From Candidatus Sericytochromatia bacterium (lineage in GTDB: Bacteria; Cyanobacteriota; Sericytochromatia; S15B-MN24; JAQBPE01): DNA of 64,000 nucleotides. The notes below the pieces were generated by a model. The model did no database searches, was not told the origin of the DNA, and saw only the letters and a program-made list of their open reading frames with translations. Positions 1 to 9,434 of the stretch are shown here, piece after piece. The DNA lies in contig JAYKHR010000159.1 in the NCBI GenBank assembly GCA_035285125.1, positions 1 to 64,000 of the forward strand, written 5' to 3'. The translations under genes were made by a program, and so were the position numbers. Position 1 is the stretch's first letter. Every line of letters starts with the position of its first letter.

Positions 1-439
1 CCGTGACCAGGCACGTGAGCGTCCGGGCCACGGGCACGCCGTCCACCAGGCCCCTGCCGATCAGGGTGTAGACCCCGGGCGTGAGCGGGGCGGTCCAAAC
101 CGCCGTCGCCGCGCCGTATGCCAGCGTCCCGCCGCCCGGCGCGCGCCAGGTGACGGCGGCACGAGCCCCTGCCGAGACCGCGGGCTCCAGCGCCACCCGG
201 GCGCCGGGCAGGACCGGCACGGCATCCACCCAGTCGGAGAGCCGCACCAGCGACAGGCGTTGCGCCGGCGCGGCGGGCGGGTGCACGGCCGGCGCGAGGG
301 ACAGGGTTGGCCCGGTGGGCTGCGCCGGGGGCGCCGGGCCGGTGGGCAGCGTGCCGCCGACGGCGCCCGAGGCCCCACCCGCGGGGACGAGAGGCAGCAG
401 CAGTGCGGCGGTCAGAAGGTGGCGGGCGAGCATCGACAT
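1..439 (-). CDS. Secreted protein with Pro/Ala linker and Ig-like domain; runs off the window edge (C-terminus missing)
   Basis: Not in the ORF track. Manual translation from ATG 439 gives MSMLARHLLTAALLLPLVPAGGASGA (signal peptide-like), a P/A-rich linker, then ...VTWRAPGGG...AVWTAPLTPGVYTL..., open to position 1. Confidence 0.6.
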   Translation of the reverse strand, partial: MSMLARHLLTAALLLPLVPAGGASGAVGGTLPTGPAPPAQPTGPTLSLAPAVHPPAAPAQRLSLVRLSDWVDAVPVLPGARVALEPAVSAGARAAVTWRAPGGGTLAYGAATAVWTAPLTPGVYTLIGRGLVDGVPVARTLTCLVT

Positions 440-580
440 CGGGGACGACAAGGAGGCTTGGACGGCAGGGACGGCGTTATTGTAATTCCAGCGGACGAAC
501 GCGGCAACGACGAGACCCACCTGGGTCACAAATCTTCACATTGACGCCCACCACCCACCTCCGCCACGTGACCCGAGCGC

Positions 581-609
581 TTTACGGAGGCCCAGGCGAG
601 GGCTATACT
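581..609 (+). promoter_or_regulatory. Sigma70-like promoter for sppA
   Basis: TTTACG (581-586)-N17-TATACT (604-609), about 80 nt upstream of the likely start. Confidence 0.55.
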
Positions 610-686
610 GGGCCACCCGGGCGGTGCCGCGTCCATCTCAGCATCCGCGGCGCGCCCCCCGCACCGGCTCCGACTCGAGGTGGTTC

Positions 687-3101
687 ATGGTGTCCGTCCG
701 ACCAGGGGCTGCGCGGCTCCCCCTTGCGCTCTCCCTTGCGGCAGCCGCCTTGCCGGCGCCGGCGTTGGCCCAGGCGGCGCTGCTGCCGAGCGAGCTGGGC
801 AACGTCTCGTCGGTGGCCACGCTCGAAGACGCTTCGGCGCTTGGCATCAACCCAGCCGCGCTCACCTTCCAGCGGAGCTCAGAGCTGTTCCTGGGGCGCT
901 CCGTCAACGGGCTCGACCAGACCCACCTGTTCCTGACGGGCGGCGGCGCAGGGTTTGGCTGGCAGCAGGTCCGCGCCGCCAGCGGCCGGCAGCTCAACGC
1001 TTTCTCGTTCGGGGGCGGCTCCGAGTTGCTCGGTGGCCTCTCGCTCGGGGGCCGGTTCTCGTACATGCAGTTCCTGGACGGCGTGGGCGGCAACAGCCCC
1101 GACTTTGGCCTGTCGCTGCTGTACCGCCCGACGGGGTGGTTCTCGGCCGGGCTCACGGCGGATCACCTGAACCGACCCCTCGTCGCAGCCGCCGTGGCAG
1201 GCGGGCAGGCGGAGCCGCTCAGCAGGCGCTACCGTGCCGGCCTGGCCGTTCGCCCCGGGACCGAGCGCATCACGCTCTCGGTCGACGCCCAGTGGCTCGA
1301 GGGGGCCCCCCCGAGCACCATCGTCCCCGCCCTTGGGCTCCAGCTGGAGCCGTGGCCCGGCCTCACGCTGCGGGCCATCACCGACCCTCAGCTGAACGCG
1401 AGCGTGGGGGTGGGCCTGCAGCTCGGCCACCTGGGCGCGGGCTTCCTGTCGGGCGTGACCAGCCGCTTCGGTGGAAGCGACATGGCCTACCTCACCTCCA
1501 GCGACTTGGAGCCGCGGCGAGCCTTGCGTCCCGGCACCGGCCGCATGGCGTACCTGCGGCTCGAGGGCAGCCTCGCCGACGTGCCTCGGAGCCTGATCGA
1601 GCTGCGCGCGGACACCTACCCCGGGGTCTTGCACCTGACCCGTCGAATCGCGGAAGCGCGCAACGACAGCAGGGTCACGGGGCTCGTGGTGGACCTCCGC
1701 GGCGTGGGGGCGGGGCTTGCCTCGCTGCAAGAGCTGCGTGACGCGATCGCGGATTTCAAGACTTCCGGCAAGCCCACGGTGGCCTTCGTGACGGATCCGT
1801 CGCTCCCCGAGTACTACCTGGCCGTGGCTGCCGACAAGGTTGTGATGCACCCGGCAGGGGCCCTCGACGCCAAGGGCCTCGCCATCACCACGCCCTTCTT
1901 CCGGGGGCTCTTCGAGAAGTTCGGCGTGCAGCCTCAGTTCATCGGGATCGGCAAGTACAAGTCGGCGCCGGAACAGTACACGCGGCGAGACCTGACGCCC
2001 CCGGCCGTCGAGCAGGAGCAAGCGCTCCTCAGCGACGCCTATGACGCCATCATCGAGGGCATCACGCGGGCTCGAAAGCTCTCCCGCGAGGACGTCAAGA
2101 AGGCCGTGGCGAAGGGGGCGCTGACGCCCCAAGCGGCCAAGGAGAAGGGCTTCATCGACGAGATCGCCTACCCGGACCAGGTGCCCGACCTCGTCGAGCG
2201 ACAGGCAGCCAACACCTACCACCTCACGGAGTACAAACCCGACACGTGGGCGTTGCCCGACGCCCTGGCTGTCGTTACGGTTTCAGGCGGCATGCAGCGG
2301 GGCGAGAGCGACCGCGGGGGGTTGCTCGACGGCCCGGCGGCCGGCTCGGCCACCGTCACGCGAGCGCTGCGAGAGGCTCGCAGAAACGACCGCATCAAGG
2401 CCGTCGTGGTGCGCGTGGACTCGCCCGGCGGGGATGCGATCGCCGCCGACGAGATGGGCCGCGAGATCGACCTGCTGCGGCTCGCGAACAAGCCGGTGAT
2501 CGTGTCGATGGGGGATGTCGCCGCGTCCGGGGGCTACTGGCTGGCCGCCACGGGCACCCGCATCTACGCGGAGCCCGGCACCATCACCGGCTCCATCGGC
2601 GTGTTCACGGGACACTTTGCCGTCAAGGGCCTCCTCGACAAGCTCGGCGTGACCACCCAGACACTCAAGCGCGGCGTGCACGCGGACATGGACGGCCCGC
2701 ACCGGGCGCTCACCGAGGCCGAGACCACCCTGCTGCGGGAGCAGGCGCGGCACACCTACGGCCAGTTCCTCGAGCGGGTCGCCAAGGGGCGCCGGATGGC
2801 CACCACCCGCGTGGACGAGATCGCCCAGGGGCGTGTCTGGTCTGGCGTGCGGGCGCTCGACATCGGCCTGGTCGACAAGTTCGGGGGGCTGGAGGTGGCG
2901 ATCGCCGACGCCCAGGCCCAAGCAGGGCTCGATCCGCGCCGCTCCGTCGTCGAGTTCTATCCCAAACCCGGGGCCCTGTGGCAAGCCGTGGACGACAGCA
3001 ACATGGACACGAAGCTCAGGCTCACGGCCGACAGGCTGCGGCGCTACGCCCGCACCCACACCTGGTTGCTCGCCCCACCCCTGGACATCGTGGCCCCCTG
3101 A
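687..3101 (+). CDS. sppA: Signal peptide peptidase SppA (S49, two-domain) with an N-terminal beta-barrel-like extension
   Basis: GKYKSA (catalytic Lys), RVDSPGG, AASGGYW (catalytic Ser), TGSIGV, QGRVWSG. Likely start ATG 687 after GAGGTGG, with a Sec signal ending PALA-Q. Confidence 0.9.
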   Translation: MVSVRPGAARLPLALSLAAAALPAPALAQAALLPSELGNVSSVATLEDASALGINPAALTFQRSSELFLGRSVNGLDQTHLFLTGGGAGFGWQQVRAASGRQLNAFSFGGGSELLGGLSLGGRFSYMQFLDGVGGNSPDFGLSLLYRPTGWFSAGLTADHLNRPLVAAAVAGGQAEPLSRRYRAGLAVRPGTERITLSVDAQWLEGAPPSTIVPALGLQLEPWPGLTLRAITDPQLNASVGVGLQLGHLGAGFLSGVTSRFGGSDMAYLTSSDLEPRRALRPGTGRMAYLRLEGSLADVPRSLIELRADTYPGVLHLTRRIAEARNDSRVTGLVVDLRGVGAGLASLQELRDAIADFKTSGKPTVAFVTDPSLPEYYLAVAADKVVMHPAGALDAKGLAITTPFFRGLFEKFGVQPQFIGIGKYKSAPEQYTRRDLTPPAVEQEQALLSDAYDAIIEGITRARKLSREDVKKAVAKGALTPQAAKEKGFIDEIAYPDQVPDLVERQAANTYHLTEYKPDTWALPDALAVVTVSGGMQRGESDRGGLLDGPAAGSATVTRALREARRNDRIKAVVVRVDSPGGDAIAADEMGREIDLLRLANKPVIVSMGDVAASGGYWLAATGTRIYAEPGTITGSIGVFTGHFAVKGLLDKLGVTTQTLKRGVHADMDGPHRALTEAETTLLREQARHTYGQFLERVAKGRRMATTRVDEIAQGRVWSGVRALDIGLVDKFGGLEVAIADAQAQAGLDPRRSVVEFYPKPGALWQAVDDSNMDTKLRLTADRLRRYARTHTWLLAPPLDIVAP

Positions 3102-3119
3102 CGCCCGAGGAGAGACGCC

Positions 3120-3974
3120 GTGGAGATGGATCGCTACGTGACGGTGGCCGCCATGCTGGTGGAGGCCCTGGCCCTGGTGTGGGGGGCCAAACAGCTGTGG
3201 GGCGTCGTGCTACGACGCGACATGAACCAGGAACTGACCAGCCACGACAACCCAGCGGCGGCCATCACCCTGGCCGGCTACTTCCTGAGCGTCTTCATCG
3301 CCCTGGCGGGCGTCGCGTCCTCGCCCAGCCAGGGGCTCGTTCAAGACCTCACCTCGTTCCTGCTGTTCGGCGCGGCGGGCGTGGCCGTGCTCTTCGGCTC
3401 GGTCTTCGTGGCCCCACTCATCACGGGCATCCGCCTCCAGCGCGACATTGTGGAGAGTCACAACACGAGCGCAGCAATTGTCCTCGCCGCCACTTTCATC
3501 GCCACTGGACTGATTTTCAACGGTGCCGTGCGGGGCGAGGGCGCCGGGTTGGCGGCTTGGGTGGCCCTGCTGGTCTTCCAGGCCCTCGGCCAGGTCGTCC
3601 TGGGGCTCGTTGCCCACCTGTTCGAGCGCATCACGCCCTTCAACCTCCAGCAGGAGATCGTCGAGGGCAAGAACATAGCCGCGGCGGCCGGCTATGCGGG
3701 GGCCCTCGTGGCGATGGGCATGATCGTGCACAACGCCGTGCTGGGAGACATCGCCACGCTGGCGACCGACTGGGGCGCAGAGGTCCGCACCTTCCTCATC
3801 TGGTGTGTGCCGCTCCTGCTGCTCTGGCCTGTGCGTTCGCTGGTGGTGAATGGCGTGTTGCTGGGCTTCCGCAACCTCGACCACGAGATCGCACACGACC
3901 GCAACGTGGGGGTCGGGGTGATCGAGGCGGCCACCTACATCGGGTTTGCCTGGCTGGTGATGAACGTCGCCTGA
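3120..3974 (+). CDS. DUF350-family inner-membrane protein (tandem repeats)
   Basis: Repeated D/E-I-x-x-x-N-x-A-A-A/G motifs (ELTSHDNPAAA, DIVESHNTSAA, EIVEGKNIAAA, EIAHDRNVGVG) between TM helices. Confidence 0.75.
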   Translation: MEMDRYVTVAAMLVEALALVWGAKQLWGVVLRRDMNQELTSHDNPAAAITLAGYFLSVFIALAGVASSPSQGLVQDLTSFLLFGAAGVAVLFGSVFVAPLITGIRLQRDIVESHNTSAAIVLAATFIATGLIFNGAVRGEGAGLAAWVALLVFQALGQVVLGLVAHLFERITPFNLQQEIVEGKNIAAAAGYAGALVAMGMIVHNAVLGDIATLATDWGAEVRTFLIWCVPLLLLWPVRSLVVNGVLLGFRNLDHEIAHDRNVGVGVIEAATYIGFAWLVMNVA

Positions 3975-3998
3975 GCCGACGCGGTTGGGAGGTCGCCC

Positions 3999-6900
3999 TT
4001 GAACGAAGCCTGGCTCGTCGGGTCCAAGCTGGCGCCTCCGACGCCGCCCGACGGGGTGCTCGACCGGAGCTTCTTCCCCCCTGGGACAGCCCTGCCCGCG
4101 ATGACCTTCCTGGTGGCGGGCGCCGGCTACGGGAAGACCCTGGGCCTCTGGGCGCTGTGCCGCGGCGCGTTGGCGGCCGGCACCCCCGTGGTGTGGTATG
4201 GCCTCGACGCCTACGACACCGAGGTCGCGACCTTTTTCCACTACATGGTCGCGGGCGTGCGGCGCTACATTCCCCAGTTCGGTGAGGACATCGGGGGGTT
4301 GCTGTCCGGCGAAAAGCTGGACCCGCGACTGCTGTGGCAACGCTTTTTCCAGGGGTTGGCCGCCTACAACCTGCCTGAGGTGCTGATCGTGCTGGACGAT
4401 GCCCACCACCTTCAAGACCGTGCTCCCCAGCTGCTGGAGGCCCTTGCTTACCACTGCGACAAGCTTCCTCCGCGCACCCACCTGCTGCTGAGCTCCCGCA
4501 CCCGGCTCACCCTGCCGCTGGGGCGCGCCCAGGCCCTCGGCCAGCTCAGGGTCCTTGGCGAGGACGCGCTGCGGTTCAGCAGCGAGGAGGAGGTCGAGTT
4601 CATGCGCCGGCGTGCCCCAGGGGCCACGGTCCCCAGCATCCCGGCGAGCTGGTGGAAGAAGGCCACAGGGCTCGACGGGTGGCCCCTGGGGCTGGAGCTG
4701 GCGACGTCCGTGGGCGCAGACAGGGAACTCACGCTCGACCCGCGCTCGAGCGGGGTCGAGCCTCTGCTGGGGTATGTCGCCGAGGAACTCTTCGGGGCGC
4801 AGCCGCCCGAACGCCGCGCCTTCATGTGCCAGGCGGCGCTGCTCGACGAGCTGAGCCCCGACGCCTGCAGGCACGTCTTCGACCAGCCTGAGGCCGCAGC
4901 GCTGCTCGCAGGCCTGGAGGCGGACCACCTGATCAGGCGCCTCGCCGACGGGGTTTCCTACCGGTTCCCGACCTACCTGCGGGAGTTCTTGCAGCAGGAG
5001 CTCGTTCGGACGGTGCCCCAGGCCACGCGGGACGGCTGGCACCAGCGCGCTGCCACCTTCCAGGGCGAGCACCCGGAGCGGGCCTTGCCTCACCTGATCG
5101 CGGCGGCGGCCTGGCCCGCCGCCATGGCTGCGTGCGAGGCAGCCTTCCCGGCCATGAGGTTCGCCGGGCGGCTGGCCCAGGCCGCCCGCTGGCTGGAGGC
5201 CTTCCCCACCCACGTCCGGGCCACCGAGCCGGTGTTGCAGCTCTGGGATGGGCACGTGCACGCGCAGGCAGGGCGCCACCTGGAGGCCGACGCCAGCTAC
5301 GGGCGGGCGCTGACCGCCTTCGAGGCGCGGCTGGACGGCGCAGGGAGCTTCAAGGTGCGCGTGCGCCAGGCGACGATCGCCGTGCTCCACGAGGGGCAGC
5401 AGGCCCGCGCCAAGGGCCTGCTCCAGGCGCTGGAGGGGGAGGCCCCCGGTCGAGACGAGGATCTCGCCGATCTGCACCTCGCGCGCAGCCTGGTGGCCGA
5501 GCACGCCGGGGACCTCGGCCAGATGCGGGCCTGCAACCAGGCCGTGCTGCGGCTGCCCATTGCAGGCAACGTCGAGATCGCAGCGTCTCACACCATCGCC
5601 CAGCTCAACCTGTACACCATCGCGCTCCACCACGGCGCGTTGGCCGACGCCGAGCGCCACATCAGCGAGGCCGTGGCGCTCGCAGAGCACTGGGGCTTCG
5701 GTCCGTACGCGCTGTTCGGGAGGTTCATGCAGGCCCATCTGCGCCTGCTCACCGGGGATCTTGAGGCCGCGAGCGCGTTTTTGAGGGCCTTGCCGAGCGG
5801 CTGGAGTGATCAGCTGGACTGGCACGACCGCGCCTGCGCCTACATCACGCTCGGGCTCGGGCACCAGCTGCGCGGGGAGTTCAAGGAGGCGGACGAGGCT
5901 TACAGGCGGAGCCTGGACACCTTCGAGCGTGCAGGCTTCCGCGAGGGGCGCAAGGTGGCCCTCGAGCGGCAGCTGTGGCTTGCCATCGCGCGCCGACAGA
6001 GCGCCAAGGCCATCGAGCTGGGCACGCCGTTGCTGGCAGACACCGAGGACACCATCTACGGCCTGGCGCTGCTGACGCCGCTGGGCCGGGCTCGCCACCT
6101 GGAGGGCGACGCGGCCGGGGCGGGGGAGTTGCTCACCCGAGCCGTGGCAGGGTTCGAGGCCCAAGGGGCCCAGCTGCACCTCGCCCAGGCCCTCCTGTAC
6201 CTGGGAGCGAGCCTGGCCGCGCAAGGCGAGGGGGGGCTCGCGATGGGCGCGGTGACCCGGGGCCTGGCGCTTGCCGAGGCCAACGGATACGGCTTCCTGG
6301 CGGGCCGGGACGTCGCGCTCTGGGCTGAGCTTGCTCCCACCGTGGCGCGAGGCCAGAGCGGCATTCCGTTCGTCCAGGCGGCCCGCTCGCGCGCCGCCGC
6401 CCACGCCGTGGTGGTGGCGTCTCCAGCGCCCCCCACGAACGCCTCTCAAACGCCTGCCACCGGGGCCAGGCTGTCCGTGCGATGCCTCGGCACGATGGAG
6501 GTCAGGCGAGACGGCGTGCTGCTCGACCAGTGGCCTCGCCGCAAGGCCAAGGTGATCCTGGCGGCCCTGCTGCTGTCCCCCAGGGGGCTGTCCCTGGGGC
6601 AGCTCATCGAGCAGCTGTCCGGTGAGCCCGTGAGCCAGGCGGCGCTGACGACGATGAAGGTCGACGTCGGCTCGTTGCGTCGGGCCCTGGAACCCGAGCT
6701 GGGCAAGGGGCAGGCCTCGCACTTCGTGCCGCTGCTGGACGAGCGCTACACCCTGGCGTCGGACGCCGTGGAGTTCGTCGACGTGCGCGCCTTCGAAGCC
6801 GCCGTGGGGGCTGGCGATCGGGTGCGGGAGGCGTCACCCGCGGAGGCCGCGACCCACTACGAGGAGGCGCTGGGGCATTACCGGGCCAACTTGCTCGACG

Positions 6901-7223
6901 ACAGCTTGTTTTTGCGGCACTTCGAAGCCGAGCGAGAGGCCTTGAGGCAGCAGGCCGTCGGCGTGCTGACGTGGCTGGCAGGCTTCCACCAGGCGCGCGG
7001 CGACGAGTCCAGCGCGGAAGCGGCGCTTCGCCGGGCCGTGGCGCTTGCCCCCACGGACGAGGAGGTTTACATCGCCCTGATGCGCCAGCAACGACGCACA
7101 GGGCGAGCGGAGCGCATCCGACAGGTTTACTGGGACTGCCGCAGGGCCCTCAAGGCCCACCTCGGCGTCGCCCCCAGCACCGCCTTCGAGCACGCCTACG
7201 AGGAAGCCGCCCGGGGCGCCTAG
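3999..7223 (+). CDS. MalT-like STAND ATPase/TPR transcriptional regulator with C-terminal wHTH-BTAD (SARP-type) domains
   Basis: KLAPP N-terminus, Walker A AGAGYGKT, Walker B LIVLDDAHHL, GWPLGL, helical repeats, then VRCLGTMEV...VDVRAFE...P.DEE...LG..PS (BTAD). Confidence 0.85.
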   Translation: MNEAWLVGSKLAPPTPPDGVLDRSFFPPGTALPAMTFLVAGAGYGKTLGLWALCRGALAAGTPVVWYGLDAYDTEVATFFHYMVAGVRRYIPQFGEDIGGLLSGEKLDPRLLWQRFFQGLAAYNLPEVLIVLDDAHHLQDRAPQLLEALAYHCDKLPPRTHLLLSSRTRLTLPLGRAQALGQLRVLGEDALRFSSEEEVEFMRRRAPGATVPSIPASWWKKATGLDGWPLGLELATSVGADRELTLDPRSSGVEPLLGYVAEELFGAQPPERRAFMCQAALLDELSPDACRHVFDQPEAAALLAGLEADHLIRRLADGVSYRFPTYLREFLQQELVRTVPQATRDGWHQRAATFQGEHPERALPHLIAAAAWPAAMAACEAAFPAMRFAGRLAQAARWLEAFPTHVRATEPVLQLWDGHVHAQAGRHLEADASYGRALTAFEARLDGAGSFKVRVRQATIAVLHEGQQARAKGLLQALEGEAPGRDEDLADLHLARSLVAEHAGDLGQMRACNQAVLRLPIAGNVEIAASHTIAQLNLYTIALHHGALADAERHISEAVALAEHWGFGPYALFGRFMQAHLRLLTGDLEAASAFLRALPSGWSDQLDWHDRACAYITLGLGHQLRGEFKEADEAYRRSLDTFERAGFREGRKVALERQLWLAIARRQSAKAIELGTPLLADTEDTIYGLALLTPLGRARHLEGDAAGAGELLTRAVAGFEAQGAQLHLAQALLYLGASLAAQGEGGLAMGAVTRGLALAEANGYGFLAGRDVALWAELAPTVARGQSGIPFVQAARSRAAAHAVVVASPAPPTNASQTPATGARLSVRCLGTMEVRRDGVLLDQWPRRKAKVILAALLLSPRGLSLGQLIEQLSGEPVSQAALTTMKVDVGSLRRALEPELGKGQASHFVPLLDERYTLASDAVEFVDVRAFEAAVGAGDRVREASPAEAATHYEEALGHYRANLLDDSLFLRHFEAEREALRQQAVGVLTWLAGFHQARGDESSAEAALRRAVALAPTDEEVYIALMRQQRRTGRAERIRQVYWDCRRALKAHLGVAPSTAFEHAYEEAARGA

Positions 7224-7272
7224 CGGGCGGGAATCCCTTCACCAGCGCGGAGCGGGTCAGGCCGCCCGACGG

Positions 7273-8052
7273 TCACCCGCGCGCCGCGCCCGCGCCCACG
7301 CGAGCCCTCAGCCAATCCGCGGTGGTCGCCAACAGCCATGAGCGCGCCCTGATGCTCCCGAAGCCGTGGTCGCCGTGGGGGCAGGCCTGCCCCTCAGCTC
7401 CCTCGATCTCCTCCACAAGGGCTGCAGCGTTCTCGGGGGTGGCGACGGTGTCCTCCGTGCCCCACAACACGAGCAAGGGACGTTGCCAGTCGGCCAGAGT
7501 GGAGAGCGGGTCCAGCGCGGCCAACTCGTGCAGGAAGGTTCTCCCGACCCGCATCCCGCCACCGTCCACCCAACCCTGCCGGGCCAGCTCGGGGTGAGCG
7601 GCGTACAAGCCCATGCGGGCAAAGATGGGCACTGGAAACACCACCGGGCTCCAGAGCACCAGCCCGGCGAGGCCCGCGTCGTCGGCCAGCTGGCTCGCGA
7701 TCGTGGCGCCCAGGCTGAAGCCCAGCACCACCACGGCGTCAGGGTCCACAGCCGGGTGGTCGCGCAGGAGCGCGAGGGCAGCCCGGGCGTCCCGCCCCAT
7801 GCTGGAGATGGTCGTGTCGAGGAAGTCGCCGTCGCTTTCCCCACAGCCCCCGAAGTCGAACCGCAAGGAGGCGAACCCCGCCTCAGCCAACCGGCGGGCC
7901 CCTTCGACGAACAGCCGGCGGGACTCGATGCGGTGGCCCGAGAAGCCGTGCAGCCAGAGCACGGCGGGGTGGGGGCCATCACCCGGAGGAAGGTGCAGGA
8001 CGCCACGAAGGGTCGTGTCGTGAAGGGTGATGGACAGAGGGGTTTCAGTCAT
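7273..8052 (-). CDS. Alpha/beta hydrolase (S9/esterase-like)
   Basis: HGFSG oxyanion motif, GFSLG nucleophile elbow, GTED Asp, GDHGF His. Start taken as ATG 8052 (MTETPLS). Confidence 0.85.
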   Translation of the reverse strand: MTETPLSITLHDTTLRGVLHLPPGDGPHPAVLWLHGFSGHRIESRRLFVEGARRLAEAGFASLRFDFGGCGESDGDFLDTTISSMGRDARAALALLRDHPAVDPDAVVVLGFSLGATIASQLADDAGLAGLVLWSPVVFPVPIFARMGLYAAHPELARQGWVDGGGMRVGRTFLHELAALDPLSTLADWQRPLLVLWGTEDTVATPENAAALVEEIEGAEGQACPHGDHGFGSIRARSWLLATTADWLRARVGAGAARG

Positions 8053-8131
8053 GAGAGTCCTGGTAAAGCAGTCCCCCCGAGCGGACAACGCTCGGGGGGA
8101 GGTTGGGAGCCGAGGCGGCTCCCTGCGAGCA

Positions 8132-9121
8132 TCAATAAGCGCTGACGCTGAAGGAACAGAGGGCCGAGGCGGCCTCGTCGCCGGTGACAACGATGTAGTA
8201 GTCGCCTGCCTCCAGGTCAGTCCCGAGTTCGCCGTCCACGATGTCGGACTGCTGGCTCTCGGTGGCCAGCGACGTCACGTAGGACTTGTCGCCCTTGTAC
8301 AGCTTGAACGTGTAGCGGGCCGGCTCCGAGCTGGTGGAGTTGTTCGTGAGGTTGACCTTGAACGTGGATGCGCCCGCGGGCAACGTCACGCGGAAGTAGT
8401 CGAGGTCATAGTCCGCGTCGCCCTCCCCCCAGAAGCCCGCAAAGGTGGCAGGCTTACCCAACTCGAGCTTGGTGGCCTTGGCCCAGTCGTCGTTGGGCTC
8501 ATTGGGATCGAGCACGGGGGTGAAGCCCGTCTTGAGCGTGTAGGGTGACGCGCTGTCATAAGCCGCGACGCGAACGTAGTAGGTTCCTCCTGCCGTCACG
8601 CGCCACTTGTGAGACCAAGGCTGCGTGGTGCCGCTCTCTGCCGACTGCGTCGTGATGTAGGACTTGTCGCCCTTGTAGAGCCGCAGCGCAGAGATCCAAT
8701 CGTCGTCCGACTCGTCCATCTCCAGCGTCAACCAGCCATCGTGGACGCCGGCAGGGATGACGAACTTGTAGGTGTCACCCTCGGTGTCCCCGCCAGCCGT
8801 GCCCTTGATCGTCTGGCCGGGCATCACGGCTTGGGCCTGCGGGAAGTCGTCGTTGGGTTCGAGATCGACGACCTCGGCCGCGTTGGCGGGCGCCTGGCTG
8901 GGCGCAGCAGACGGCTTGGTCGACGCGGGTGCCGAGGGCATCACGGGCGTGGCCGAGGCGGTGGCCTTCGGGGTCGGTGCAGGCGTCGAGGTCGAACCGC
9001 CGGTCCCCCCCCCACCGTTGCCCGGCGTGTTGATGGTGATGGCGGGGGGAGCGCTGACGACGCAGGCAGAGGTCAGGAGGGCGGCGCCAAGAAAGCCGAG
9101 GCGTACGGACCGGTGGGACAC
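8132..9121 (-). CDS. Lipoprotein with Pro/Thr/Ser linker and two PPC-like beta-sandwich domains
   Basis: GTG 9121 after GAGGAG; lipobox LTSAC; duplicated modules DLEPNDD...LYKGDKSYIT and DPNEPNDD...LYKGDKSYVT. Confidence 0.7.
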   Translation of the reverse strand: MSHRSVRLGFLGAALLTSACVVSAPPAITINTPGNGGGGTGGSTSTPAPTPKATASATPVMPSAPASTKPSAAPSQAPANAAEVVDLEPNDDFPQAQAVMPGQTIKGTAGGDTEGDTYKFVIPAGVHDGWLTLEMDESDDDWISALRLYKGDKSYITTQSAESGTTQPWSHKWRVTAGGTYYVRVAAYDSASPYTLKTGFTPVLDPNEPNDDWAKATKLELGKPATFAGFWGEGDADYDLDYFRVTLPAGASTFKVNLTNNSTSSEPARYTFKLYKGDKSYVTSLATESQQSDIVDGELGTDLEAGDYYIVVTGDEAASALCSFSVSAY

Positions 9122-9273
9122 GCGAGAACTCCTCATATGGAACAAAGTGGGTTCGGCCGTGATGCGTTGCGGCCGACGTGGCGCCACATCATCAACAGCC
9201 CATTTGATCTTAGATCGCACGGCTGAAAGGCGCAATCTGGCCTGCGTCTCGGGCCCGAGGGGCAGGGGTGCAA

Positions 9274-9372
9274 TGGTTAAGGAAAGGTTAAATATATTAA
9301 ATACAGCTTTAAGCTACTTGAAACGTTCGTCACATTCGGTTATGGTTAATTTGTTCTTAAGGCGAAGTTAAA
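9274..9372. promoter_or_regulatory. AT-rich divergent promoter region with 11-bp-period TTAA repeats (OmpR/PhoB-type boxes)
   Basis: On the minus strand: TTTAACCT-ttc-CTTAACCA (9292-9274) and TTTAACTT-cgc-CTTAAGAA-caa-ATTAACCA (9372-9343). Confidence 0.5.
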
Positions 9373-9434
9373 CAACACCTTCGCGCCTGGCTCTCTTCCT
9401 TCCCACCCCTCGCAATATTCGAAGGAGAATATCC

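Noticed and set aside
3210..6722. Very long antisense or alternate-frame ORFs (also 46812-50639 +, 57643-60552 -, 17751-19730 -, 51103-53850 +)
   Set aside because: They are shadows of well-supported genes; high-GC codon bias depletes stops in other frames, and they carry no recognisable motifs.
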